Positions 40,612-50,799 are shown, counted from the first letter of the whole stretch. The stretch is DNA of 63,481 nucleotides, filler included, from an uncultured Synergistales bacterium (GCA_937897575.1; 7 parts of 7 records of this genome joined end to end with filler, not necessarily neighbours in it), one strand, 5' to 3'. Translations and numbers: made by a program. The notes: generated by a model from the sequence alone, not told the origin.

Positions 40612-42719
40612 GAAGCAGTTCGCCCGGGCCGGAGTCCATCTCCGGCCCTTTTTTCATGGAGAAGGCCGTGACGGTGGCGCTCGCCGTACGCCCGTCCCGG
40701 TCCACCAGGGAGACGATGTGAACCCCCTCCCTCAGCGTCCAGAAGCGGGGCAGGGGCGTGTCCTGCCGTCCGACGAACTCGCCGCCGACGAACCAGTAGA
40801 CGGGCAGGCGGGCCCCCTCGGCTTTGAGGGCCACTCTCTGCTCCCCGCCGAGGGGCGTGAGGACGTAGCGGGAGCCTGGGAGGGGGGAGACGATGGTCAC
40901 CCGCTCCCGTGGCAGCAGGTTCAGGGACCTCCGGAAGGCGAAGTCCTCCAGCTCGGCGGGCCACAGGACCTGGGGCGTCCCGTCGCGGAAGACGTGCATG
41001 GTGCAGGGGTGGACGGACGAGATGCCCTCCAGGGCGTAGTCCTTCCGTACGCCGGGGCATGGAGGCGAGGGCGGCTCGCCCGAGAGGGAGCAGACCGTCC
41101 GGAGGATCACCCCTTCGGGCGGAGAGTACCACCCGCTCGATGGCGCGCTCCGGAGGATGTCCACGATGGCCGGAGTGGCCGCGCGGAGGCCGACGAGCTC
41201 CTGATGCGCCTTTCCTGTCGGGTCGCCCATCCAGACCACCACCGTCGTCGCGGGCGTATAGGCGGCCGTCCAGGCGTCCCGGTGACCGTAGGACGTGCCC
41301 GTCTTGAAGGCGAACCACTCCTGCTCCCGTTCGATGCGCTTCCCGTGGACCGGCAGCAGCCGGCCCGGGTCCTTCAGAATGTCGGCGACGAGGAAGGCGG
41401 CGGCCTCCGAGGCGACGAGGCGCTCTGGGAGCGACTCGTCGGCCAGGAACCTGGGATAGCGGTGCACGCCCAGGTTGGCCAGGGTGCCGTAGCCCTCGAG
41501 CATGTGGAGCAGCGTGACCTCGCACCCGCCTAGGATGAGAGAGTCGCCGTAGTAGTCCGTTGTTCGGACGAGGGACCGGAATCCGCAGTTCCTGAGCAGG
41601 TCGAGCACCACCTGAGGCAGTGCGGCGCGGAGCACGCGGACCGCCGGGACGTTCAGCGAGTTCGCCAGGGCGAAACGAGCCGAGACGGGGCCCCGGTAGG
41701 TCATGTCGAAGTTCCGGGGGGCCTGCCCCGAGAAGGAGAGGGGCGTGTCCGCAAGAAGGCTGGAGGGGGTAAGCAGCCCCCGCTCGAAGGCGGCGAGATA
41801 GGCGAAGGGCTTCAGCGCCGATCCGGGGGAGCGGAGGCTGTCGGCGCAGTCCACCCAGCTGGCCGCCGTGCCGCTGCCGAGCCGGGCGTTTCCAACGTAG
41901 GCAAGGATGTCCCCCGTCCTGTTGTCGAGCACCGCTCCGGCGGCCGTCACCCCGGGGGGCAGGGCCTCGAGGGCGACGGAGAGGTTCCGTTCGAGCATGG
42001 CCTGGATGGGCGTGTCCAGCGTGGTCTTGACCGTCCCGCCCTCCTTCCTGCTGCCCAGAGCGTGCAGGGCGAAGTGGTAGGCGCGGGACGGCATGGCCCC
42101 GCTTCCCTCGGGCAGCTTCTCCGCCCTGGCGAGGCGGAGCTGCTCCTCTGAGATGACGCCTCGGGCGGCCAAGGACACGAGGATGGAGTCCCGCCGCTTC
42201 CGGGCGGCCTCGGGGTTCCGGTCCGGCCGGTACACCGACGGCCCCCGGAGCATGCCCACCAGAAGGGCGGCCTCGCCGAGGGAGACCTCGGCGGCGGCCT
42301 TGAAGAAGTACATCCGGGCCGCGGCTTCGACGCCGCGGATGTTGGCGCCGAAGGGCGCCCTGTTCAGGTAGAGCTCGAGGATCGCGTCCTTGGAGAGGAC
42401 CCGTTCCGCCCGGAGGGCCGTGAGGAACTCGATGGCCTTCGTCCGGACATTCCTGGGCCTGGGGTCCGAGAGGCGGACGAGCTGGCTCGTGATCGTGGAG
42501 GCGCCGGAGACGACCCGCCCCGCGCGAAGGTTCTGGACGGACGCCCGGAGGATGGCCCCCAGGTCGACGCCCCCGTGCTCCCGGAATCGCCGGTCTTCGA
42601 CCTCCATAGCGATCAGGGGGAGCCACCGCCCCATGCGGGCGAGGGGCACGGGGATGGACCACTCCGAGGACTCCGACAAAAAGACGGAGAACACCTCCCC
42701 CCTCCTGTCGAGCAGATCG
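40595..42719 (-). CDS. pbpC: penicillin-binding protein 1C, 5'-truncated
   Basis: [17 protein letters not shown] (transglycosylase); SALK, SLN, KTG (transpeptidase). Confidence 0.9.
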
Positions 42720-42819
42720 NNNNNNNNNNNNNNNNNNNNNNNNNNNNNNNNNNNNNNNNNNNNTTAATTAATTAANNNNNNNNNNNNNNNNNNNNNNNNN
42801 NNNNNNNNNNNNNNNNNNN
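42720..42819. other. artificial contig linker
   Basis: N-run + TTAATTAATTAA + N-run. Confidence 0.99.
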
Positions 42820-42821
42820 GG

Positions 42822-42890
42822 ATCATCTACGGGATCAAGTACCTCGCCGCTGGCATGGACAGAAAAAAAAGCGGGACGGCGAACGCATAG
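42822..42890 (+). CDS. 3' end of a small protein, possibly an OadG-like decarboxylase subunit
   Basis: IIYGIKYLAAGMDRKKSGTANA*; identity inferred only from its position before the biotin carrier. Confidence 0.35.
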   Translation: MIYGIKYLAAGMDRKKSGTANA

Positions 42891-42947
42891 CGGGCGGGGG
42901 ATTTTCAACCTGTCCGCGCAGTGTTTCACGGAGGAGGCAGTGACGGA

Positions 42948-43385
42948 ATGAGCAGACATTACAGGATCACGGTCGACGGCACCACGTACAACGTTCAGGT
43001 GGAGGACATGGGAGGGGCGGCGCCGGTCCAGACTCCGGCAGCGGCTCCGGTTGCGGCACCAGCTCCGGTTGCAGCGCCTGCGCCTGCAGCGGCGGCAGCA
43101 CCAGCCCCGGCCCCGGCGCCTGCAGAGGCACCTGCGCCGGCACCGATGCCTGCAGCGGCTCCGGCAGCTGGGGACACGCCCATCACGGCGCCCATGCCCG
43201 GGAAGGTGCTGAAGCTCCACGTGAACGTGGGGTCGCAGGTCAAGAACGGAGAGATGGTGCTCATACTTGAGGCCATGAAGATGGAAAACGAGATCTTCTC
43301 CACCGTGGACGGGACGGTGAAGGAGCTCCGGACCAAAGAGGGAGACAACGTCAACTCCGGGGACGTCTTCATGATCATCGGATAA
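42948..43385 (+). CDS. biotin carboxyl carrier subunit of a Na+-translocating decarboxylase
   Basis: YRITVDG, Ala/Pro-rich linker, EAMKM biotinylation site. Confidence 0.92.
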   Translation: MSRHYRITVDGTTYNVQVEDMGGAAPVQTPAAAPVAAPAPVAAPAPAAAAAPAPAPAPAEAPAPAPMPAAAPAAGDTPITAPMPGKVLKLHVNVGSQVKNGEMVLILEAMKMENEIFSTVDGTVKELRTKEGDNVNSGDVFMIIG

Positions 43386-43542
43386 CGCGGATTTCACCGC
43401 ACGGAAAAGCGTGCGGGTGCACGGCACGGAATGAACAAGAGGGGGGCCGACTGCCGATTCGCCACACATTCCACCAATCGGTCGGGCTGCCGGGAGCGAC
43501 CGCTTCCGCAGCTCATTGAACAAAAGGAGGCCCTGAAGAAAT

Positions 43543-44664
43543 ATGAGTGTCTATACGCAGGCAATTGCCGAGCTCTTTGCGTCGTCCGGCTTCGCCGGGC
43601 TCACAATGGGGAACGTGGTCATGCTCCTCGTCGCGTTTGCCATGCTCTATCTCGCCATAGTGAGGGGATTCGAGCCGCTGCTCTTGGTCCCCATCGGGTT
43701 CGGATGCCTTCTCGTCAACCTGCCCCTGTCGGGGATCATGGACGAGGGGGGGTTCCTCCGGTACGTCTTCTATGGGACGGAGCACGAGATCTACCCGGTC
43801 ATCATCTTCATGGGCATCGGGGCCCTCACGGACTTCGCGCCGCTGATCGCCAACCCCATCACCTTCCTGCTCGGCGCCGCGGCCCAGTTCGGCGTCTTTC
43901 TGGCGCTCTTCGGCGCCATGGCCATGGGTTTCTCGGTCCGTGAGGCGGCATCCATCGCCATCATCGGCGGTGCGGACGGTCCCACGGCCATCTACCTGAC
44001 GATGAAGCTGGCGCCGCAGATTCTTGGGGCCATCGCCGTGGCGGCGTACAGCTACATGTCCCTGGTGCCCCTGATTCAGCCGCCGGTGATCAGGCTGCTC
44101 ACCACCAAGGAGGACCGGGCCATCCGCATGGATACCCTCCGCCCTGTAAGCTGGACGGAGAAGATCCTCTTCCCCATCGTCGTGACGGTGGTGGCGGGTT
44201 TGATCCTTCCCATGTCGGTACCTCTGATCGGCGTGCTGATGTTCGGGAACCTGCTTCGGGAGAGCGGCGTGACAGAGCGTCTGAGCCTTGCGGCGCAAAA
44301 CGAGATACTGAACACGACGACGATCTTTCTGGGGCTCTCTGTGGGCGCGACCATGAGCGCCGACAAGTTCCTGACGGTAGCGACGATCAAGATCATCTTT
44401 CTGGGGCTTGTGGCCTTCATCTTCAGCACGGCGGGCGGCGTTCTGTTCGGCCAGCTGATGAAGAAGTGGAGCGGCGGCAAGATCAACCCGATGATCGGGT
44501 CGGCCGGGGTGTCGGCCGTACCGATGGCGGCGCGGGTGGTCCAGAGGGTGTGCCAGGAGGAGAACCCCGGGAACTTCCTTCTGATGCACGCCATGGGTCC
44601 GAACGTTGCCGGAGTCATCGGGACGGCTGTGGCGGCGGGGGTCATGCTCACACTCCTCAACTAA
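43543..44664 (+). CDS. Na+-translocating decarboxylase subunit beta (OadB/GcdB/MmdB family)
   Basis: FEPLLLVPIGFG, IIGGADGPTAIY, GVSAVPMAARV, HAMGPNVAGVIG. Confidence 0.95.
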   Translation: MSVYTQAIAELFASSGFAGLTMGNVVMLLVAFAMLYLAIVRGFEPLLLVPIGFGCLLVNLPLSGIMDEGGFLRYVFYGTEHEIYPVIIFMGIGALTDFAPLIANPITFLLGAAAQFGVFLALFGAMAMGFSVREAASIAIIGGADGPTAIYLTMKLAPQILGAIAVAAYSYMSLVPLIQPPVIRLLTTKEDRAIRMDTLRPVSWTEKILFPIVVTVVAGLILPMSVPLIGVLMFGNLLRESGVTERLSLAAQNEILNTTTIFLGLSVGATMSADKFLTVATIKIIFLGLVAFIFSTAGGVLFGQLMKKWSGGKINPMIGSAGVSAVPMAARVVQRVCQEENPGNFLLMHAMGPNVAGVIGTAVAAGVMLTLLN

Positions 44665-44710
44665 GCGAGGGGGCATTTCTCCCCCGGAAAAAATATACGG
44701 AGGGACTTCG

Positions 44711-45556
44711 ATGCGCGAGATCCATGTGTCGGTGATCCGGGACGAGGTGAAGCGGCTCTTCCTCGAGGCCGCGTATGTTCTGCCCTCCGACGTGAAGGAG
44801 GGGCTGATCCAGGGCGCTCGGGACGAGGCCTCGGATCTGGCCCGCTCCGTCTTGAGGACCATCGCGGAGAACAGCACCGTCGCTGCCGAGGGCGCTTTTC
44901 CCCTCTGTCAGGACTGCGGCATGGCCGTGGTGTTCCTCGACATCGGGCAGGATGTCCGCCTCGCGGGCGGTGACCTCACCAGCGCGGTGGACGAGGGCGT
45001 TCGGAGGGCCTACAAAGAGGGCTACCTCCGCAACTCCGTGGTGTCGGACCCCGTCTTCGAACGGAGGAATACGGGGGACAACACGCCGGCCGTGCTCCAC
45101 GTCCGCATTGTCCCCGGGGAGAGGGTGCACATCACCGCAGCCCCCAAGGGCTTCGGAAGCGAGAACATGAGCGCCGTCGCCATGCTCTCCCCCGCGTCGG
45201 GGAGGGAGGGCGTGATCGATTTCGTCGTGGAGACCGTTCGCCTCGCCGGGCCTAACGCTTGTCCGCCGGTGGTCGTGGGCGTCGGTGTGGGAAGCGACTT
45301 TGAGGGCGTTGCGGCCCTTGCCAAGCGAGCGTTGCTCCGCCCTCTGGGCGAGCCGAACCTTGACGAACGCTATGCCGACCTGGAGCGGGAGATACTTCGT
45401 CGCATCAACGCCCTGGGCATCGGGGCGGCGGGGTACGGCGGGACCGTCACGGCGCTGTCGGTTCACGCGGAGTGGGCGCCGACCCATATCGCCGGACTGC
45501 CCGTGGCGGCGAACATCTGCTGTCATGCCAACCGGCATGTCAGCGCCACAGTATAG
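44711..45556 (+). CDS. Fe-S fumarate hydratase / tartrate dehydratase alpha subunit
   Basis: PLCQDCG, NTGDNTP, KGFGSEN, ACPP, CCHANR. Confidence 0.9.
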   Translation: MREIHVSVIRDEVKRLFLEAAYVLPSDVKEGLIQGARDEASDLARSVLRTIAENSTVAAEGAFPLCQDCGMAVVFLDIGQDVRLAGGDLTSAVDEGVRRAYKEGYLRNSVVSDPVFERRNTGDNTPAVLHVRIVPGERVHITAAPKGFGSENMSAVAMLSPASGREGVIDFVVETVRLAGPNACPPVVVGVGVGSDFEGVAALAKRALLRPLGEPNLDERYADLEREILRRINALGIGAAGYGGTVTALSVHAEWAPTHIAGLPVAANICCHANRHVSATV

Positions 45557-45561
45557 GGGGG

Positions 45562-46128
45562 ATGGCCATGGACTCCTGCGGACGGATCAGCGCGCCCTTT
45601 TCGGGCGCGGAAGCCTCCCTGCTTCGGGCGGGGGACCGGGTGCTCCTCTCGGGGGTCGTCTACACCGCCAGGGACGCGGCTCACAAACGAATGGTCGAGG
45701 CTCTGAGGGAGGGACAACCTCTCGCCGTGGACCTTCGGGGCGCGGTGCTCTTCTACGCGGGACCGTCGCCGGCGCGCCCCGGAAACCTCGTGGGGTCCGT
45801 CGGCCCCACGACAAGCTACCGGATGGACCCCTACACGCCGGAGCTGCTCGACGCCGGCCTGAAGGGGATGATCGGGAAGGGGGAGCGCTCCGACGCCGTC
45901 GTGACGAGCATGATAAAAAACGGCGCCGTCTATTTCGGCGCCGCCGGGGGTATCGCCGCCCTGCTCGCCCGGACGGTCACGTCGTCGAAGGTTCTGGACT
46001 ACGAAGACCTTGGCCCCGAGGCGCTGCGGGAGCTCGTTGTCCGGGACATGCCCCTGGTGGTGCTCATCGACGCGATGGGCAGGGATATGTACCGGGAGGG
46101 AACGGCACGGTATCGACGGGAGGGTTGA
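45562..46128 (+). CDS. Fe-S fumarate hydratase / tartrate dehydratase beta subunit
   Basis: YTARDAAH, GPTTSYRM, MIGKG, DLGPEA. Confidence 0.9.
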   Translation: MAMDSCGRISAPFSGAEASLLRAGDRVLLSGVVYTARDAAHKRMVEALREGQPLAVDLRGAVLFYAGPSPARPGNLVGSVGPTTSYRMDPYTPELLDAGLKGMIGKGERSDAVVTSMIKNGAVYFGAAGGIAALLARTVTSSKVLDYEDLGPEALRELVVRDMPLVVLIDAMGRDMYREGTARYRREG

Positions 46129-46131
46129 TCG

Positions 46132-46791
46132 TCAGCGCGTCGAAGCGAGCGCTGCCCTCGTCCGCCGCTCGGCGTTGGTGAGGTGCCGGACGACGGCGGC
46201 CTCCGTGGCGTCGGGGTCGTGGGTCCGGAGCGCGGCGACGATCTGATGGTGTTCCGCCGTCACCTCCTGTCTGACATCCTCCCTGAAGGGGCCCTTTTCC
46301 GCAAAATAGCGTATCCTGTGGGCCTGGGTGCTGAGGTTGTCCAAGGAGTCGAGGAGAAGAGGATTCTTCGTGTGGCTCGCCAGGAGCGCATGGACGGCGA
46401 TGTCGCTCTTCCTGTAGGCGGTGAAGTCGTTCGGGTTTCTGTCGAGGTCGTTCAGAATCTGCTCGAGGGCGTCGATCTCCCTCTCGGTGCATCCGGCGGC
46501 GGCGTCCCGGGCGACGGCGGCCTCGAGGATGCGCCGGAATTCCCAGACGTGGGCTGAGCTCTCCTCGCTGATCCTCGTCACCACGGCGCCCTTGTTCCGT
46601 TCGATGTCCACCAGACCGCTCCCCTCGAGGCGCAGCAGGGCCTCCCGGACGGGCGTGGTGCTGACGCCGAACTCGGCGGCCAGTTTGTCGATCTGGAGCG
46701 TTTCGCCGGGAAGATAGGTGTTGTTCACGATCAACTCCTTGATGGTCTCGAACACCTGATCGCCCAGAGAGTGAAAAATTCGGCTCACCAT
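46132..46791 (-). CDS. GntR (FCD) family transcriptional regulator
   Basis: LAAEFGVSTTPVREALLRLE; C-terminal FCD domain. Confidence 0.9.
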   Translation of the reverse strand: MVSRIFHSLGDQVFETIKELIVNNTYLPGETLQIDKLAAEFGVSTTPVREALLRLEGSGLVDIERNKGAVVTRISEESSAHVWEFRRILEAAVARDAAAGCTEREIDALEQILNDLDRNPNDFTAYRKSDIAVHALLASHTKNPLLLDSLDNLSTQAHRIRYFAEKGPFREDVRQEVTAEHHQIVAALRTHDPDATEAAVVRHLTNAERRTRAALASTR

Positions 46792-46915
46792 AGACCACAG
46801 CTCCCCTCGGTAGCATATTGTCTCTCGGAGAATAAAATTGTAGCACATTCATCGCTTTTTTTATACGAGGCCGCTCAACAGCGGCTCGTCAGGACATCGC
46901 ACAGGGAGGGACGGG

Positions 46916-47471
46916 ATGGACATTCGGGACTTTCTCCTCGAACGGTACTTTGCGAAGCACGAATTTTTCGCACGGGCCCTCTTGAGCCCGTCGGACTGCG
47001 AGGCCATGACGGTGCAGGATCTGATCGACGGGGCCGACGAGGAGGTCCGGGGGTTGTGGGACGGCCTCCGCCTCTCCTACACCGAGTCGAGGGGGCACCC
47101 GCTGCTTCTGGCCGAGATCGCCCGCCTGACGGGCCGGGCGCCGGAGGAGCTCGTGGTGCTCAACCCTGAAGAGGGCATCTTTCTGACACTGAACGCCCTG
47201 CTCGGGAGGGGAGACCACGTCGTGGTCCTGAGCCCGTGCTATCAGTCCCTCTATGAGATACCAAGGGCGATGGGGTGCGAGGTGACGCGCTGGTACCTCA
47301 AGCGGGAGGACGGGGTCTGGTCGCTGGACATGGACTTCCTCGAAGGAGCTTTGCAGAAGCGCACACGGGCCGTGATCGTCAACTTCCCCCACAACCCCAC
47401 GGGCTTTCTCCCCACGGCGGAGGAGTTCGAGGGCGTGCTTCGCGTCACCTCGGAACGAGGCGTCATGCTCT
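46916..47471 (+). CDS. class I/II PLP aminotransferase, 3'-truncated
   Basis: LERYFAKHEF, YTESRG, PCYQSL, NFPHNPTG. Confidence 0.85.
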
Positions 47472-47571
47472 NNNNNNNNNNNNNNNNNNNNNNNNNNNNN
47501 NNNNNNNNNNNNNNNTTAATTAATTAANNNNNNNNNNNNNNNNNNNNNNNNNNNNNNNNNNNNNNNNNNNN
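47472..47571. other. artificial contig linker
   Basis: N-run + TTAATTAATTAA + N-run. Confidence 0.99.
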
Positions 47572-48340
47572 TGGGCGGCAGGGCGGGGATCCGGTCGCAG
47601 ACCTGGGCGATCTCGAGAAGCTCTCTTTTCCGAGCCTCGTCCGTCTCCTCTTCGGCGGCCTTCCGGGCGGCTTCGGCATACCGCTCCGCCAGGCGCATGA
47701 TGCCGTCGCTGGCAATGATCTGGGACTGATAGAAGTCTCGCTTCTCGATGTTCTCGAGCGAGTCGGCCTTCAGGGCGGCCAGACGCTCCTCGGCCTCGGC
47801 CCGGATCGCCCGGTACCCCTTCGGGAAGAGGATGTCCTGATAGTCCGGGGTGATCTCCCCCACGGCCTGACGCCACTTCGAATCGTTGTCGATGATCCCC
47901 GTGTCCACTCCGATCTTCGCCGTGTCGGCGGGAAGACGTTTCAGGAAGGCCTCCTCGAGGGACTGCCCCTTCCAGTAGGGCCACAGCTCCGAACGGGCGA
48001 AGGCCCGCTGTTCGTCGGTCATCCGGTAGGGGTCCTGGGGTCGGGAATCGAAGGTGTCCATCTCCCGGTCCACCCACATCCACGAGAACTCCGGCGTCAG
48101 GATGGCGGGACGGCGGAACTCCCCGCTCGCCCCCACGATGAGTTCGCCTGGGAAGATCACCGTGGGCAACCGGTCGCAGACCGCCGCGAAGGCCTTCGCC
48201 CTCCGTATGGGCATGGGTTCCCCCTCGGTCTCCTTGTGGGACTCCGTCCATATGGCGGCCCGAAGGCAGCTCACCGACGGTTCGCCGTTCACATACTCGA
48301 GACGCGCTCTCTCCGTCCGCTCCGTGATGCCCATGCGCAA
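47572..48340 (-). CDS. glycyl radical enzyme (PFL2/dehydratase/lyase family), 3'-truncated
   Basis: TESHKETEGEP..IRRAKA, IFPGELIVG, PEFSW.W...RPQDP, PYWKG, ELLEIAQVCDRIPA. Confidence 0.88.
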
Positions 48341-48350
48341 CCCCTCCCTG

Positions 48351-48914
48351 TCAGGAATTCTCCTCCGGATAAAAGATCACCATGGCCAGAACGCACCGTC
48401 CCTGGCCCGAATTGTGGTACGAATGGGGCCGGTCGGCCCGGTATTTCAGCGAGTCGCCCTGAAGGAGGCGCCGCTCCTCGGTGCCCGTCATGATGGTGGC
48501 CTCTCCGCCGAAGACGTGGACGTACTCCATGCTCCCCGGCGCGTGGGGCTCCGACGACGAGAAGGCTCCCTGGTCCATCTCCACGGACAGGAACTCGAAC
48601 CGGCTCCTGCCGTCAAAGGGAAAGATCGGGAAGACGCGGAATCGGCCGTTGTCCCCCACCACGGGCGTCACATCCTCCAGGGAGAAGGCCTCCATGGACT
48701 CCTTCGGGGCGTCGGTGAGCTCCGTCAGGGAGATTCTGAGGCCGTTGGCGATCTTCCAGACCGTCTGGAGCGTGGGGCTCGACTCGCCCCGCTCGATCTG
48801 CCCGAGCATGCTCTTGCTGACCCCCGTGAGGGCCGCCAACCCGTCGAGGCTCAGCTTTCTGTCGGACCGTATCCGCTTCAGGTTCTCCGCCACTATCTTT
48901 TCGAGGTCGGCCAC
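48351..48914 (-). CDS. XRE-cupin transcriptional regulator (SutR/PuuR-like)
   Basis: NLKRIR..LSLDGLA..GVSKSMLGQIERGESSPT plus cupin H..GSME...ADRPHSYHN; AGGAG RBS. Confidence 0.9.
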   Translation of the reverse strand: MADLEKIVAENLKRIRSDRKLSLDGLAALTGVSKSMLGQIERGESSPTLQTVWKIANGLRISLTELTDAPKESMEAFSLEDVTPVVGDNGRFRVFPIFPFDGRSRFEFLSVEMDQGAFSSSEPHAPGSMEYVHVFGGEATIMTGTEERRLLQGDSLKYRADRPHSYHNSGQGRCVLAMVIFYPEENS

Positions 48915-48934
48915 GACACCCTCTCCTAACGCAT

Positions 48935-48982
48935 GTATTGTGCGATATAACGCACGATACACGTCATCCTCATTATTGTCAA
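48935..48982 (-). promoter_or_regulatory. promoter with overlapping palindromic operator for the XRE-cupin/GRE operon
   Basis: Minus strand TTGACA-17nt-TATCGT; inverted repeat GTATTGTGCG-ATATAA-CGCACGATAC at 48935-48960. Confidence 0.7.
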
Positions 48983-49297
48983 TACTTCTGGCGTTCGTTG
49001 TTTTTAGCCGAGGCACTCTCATTTCTATTTTTCCGGATCGCCTTCACGGAGAGGGCTGCCAGGAGGGCGCTTCCTCCGCGGTCGCAAAAAAACGAGTGGA
49101 TGGATGATCTGCACTGCGTCAACCGCCAATGGACGTTTCGAGACAGCCCTCGCGCCAGTTTTTGTGCGAGCTTCCTGCGCTTTTGGTTCCCCGGCGCGAT
49201 GGATATCATCCCTCGCGCCGGCAGCGAAACGCCGGAAGTGGAAGATCCGTGAGGTTTCTGTCGCATAAGCGACTATAATGGTATCGGCAGAGGAGGT

Positions 49298-50506
49298 ATG
49301 ACCATGGACTTCATCTCCATAGAAGCGGCGGCGGCGAAGTGGGGCGTGAGTCTCCGCGTTGCACAGCGCTACTGTGCGGACGGCAAAATAGCCGGGGCAA
49401 AAAAATACGGGCGGGCGTGGATGATCCCCGAGGAGGCCGGGCGACCGTCCGACGCCCGGAGAAAAACGGAGCGTGCGTGTGCAACCCCGCTGTACCATGG
49501 GCTGTTCCTCATGGAAGACCTCCGTCTGGACGGGCGGGCCGTGGATCAAATCGCCTCGGCACTGCCCGATGACGAGTATCGGCGCGAACTGTACGCAGAG
49601 CTCGCGCTTCTCCAGGGAAAGACGGACAAGGGGCTGGAGCACATCGCCCGGATGCCTGAGGGAAGCCCCTTCCGCCTGACGGCGCAGCACGGAAAAAACA
49701 TTACGGCCATCAGAAAGGGCGACTATCACGGGCTGTGCCTCGGGATGACGGAGCTGGACAACCTTCGGGCGGAGTATGGAAGCTGTCCTTCTGTATCGGC
49801 CGCCATCGACCTCGCAGAGGCAACGATCTACGCCAGCGTGTATGCGACGGACCGCTGCCCCGAGTGGCTGAAAAAAGGCGATGTGACACGCTTTTCCCCC
49901 AGTGAAAGGCCGTACGCTCTCTATCTGTACGCCCTGTACCTCAACGCCACCGGCCAGCCATTGCGTATGCTCGGAGTGACGGAAACAGCTCTGGCTTTCT
50001 CATCGGGCCCCGGAAGCACGGTCTCGGAGATCTACCTTCGTATCATGGCCGCCAACGCCTGCGTCGAGATCGACAGAAGGGAGCAGGCCGAGGAGCTCAT
50101 CGAAAGAGCCCTTGAAGACGCCGTCCCCTACGGCATTTTTTCCCCTTTCTCCGAGCAGCTCACCACCCTGCGCGGGGTGGTGGAGCCTATCGCGAGGCAG
50201 CGCTTCCCGTCGGTGTTGCGCTCCATCGTGCAGGGGTGGAAGGACGTGTTCAGCGGGTGGACGGAGATCCGGAACGGCATCGCCAATACCAGCATGACGA
50301 AGGCGCTCACCGCGAAGGAGTACCAGATCGCGCTGTACCTCTCGGACAGGATGAGCTACAAGGAGATAGCCAGCCGGATGAGGATGACCGTCGCTGCGAC
50401 GAACTACGCGCTGCAGATGATCCGGGAAAAGCTCGGCGTGAAAAGAAGCCGCGATATCGCGCAGTTCGTCAACTGGAGTTTGGGAAACAGGCCCGGAACC
50501 TCATAA
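49298..50506 (+). CDS. transcriptional regulator with N-terminal excisionase-like HTH and C-terminal LuxR HTH
   Basis: ISIEAAAAKWGVSLRVAQRYCADGKIAGAKKYGRAWMIP at the N-terminus; LTAKEYQIA...SYKEIA...IREKLGV at the C-terminus. Confidence 0.85.
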   Translation: MTMDFISIEAAAAKWGVSLRVAQRYCADGKIAGAKKYGRAWMIPEEAGRPSDARRKTERACATPLYHGLFLMEDLRLDGRAVDQIASALPDDEYRRELYAELALLQGKTDKGLEHIARMPEGSPFRLTAQHGKNITAIRKGDYHGLCLGMTELDNLRAEYGSCPSVSAAIDLAEATIYASVYATDRCPEWLKKGDVTRFSPSERPYALYLYALYLNATGQPLRMLGVTETALAFSSGPGSTVSEIYLRIMAANACVEIDRREQAEELIERALEDAVPYGIFSPFSEQLTTLRGVVEPIARQRFPSVLRSIVQGWKDVFSGWTEIRNGIANTSMTKALTAKEYQIALYLSDRMSYKEIASRMRMTVAATNYALQMIREKLGVKRSRDIAQFVNWSLGNRPGTS

Positions 50507-50799
50507 ATTCTCCCGCAAATTCTCAGTTTTTTTCCGTGTGCCACAGCACTATACTCTATCTGAACGGGCAGAGTGTTTTTCATTGCAGTGAACGACGACA
50601 CACCTCCCCAGGGCAGTGCGCCGGTTGAATAGTTTTGGAGTGGCGCGCCGGGGAGGGCTGTTCGTTTTCATGTCGTTCCGTGGCGATGGTTGTCAGGGTG
50701 CAGCGGACCGGTCGGCTGTCCGGGTACGGCACAGGAGTCAGTCCTGCACTGCGGAGCGCCGACCGAACGGAGTACTTTCGACAGGGAGCCTGATCGGGT

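Noticed and set aside
43015..43170. Repetitive GC-rich tract
   Set aside because: Encodes the ordinary Ala/Pro linker of the biotin carrier subunit.
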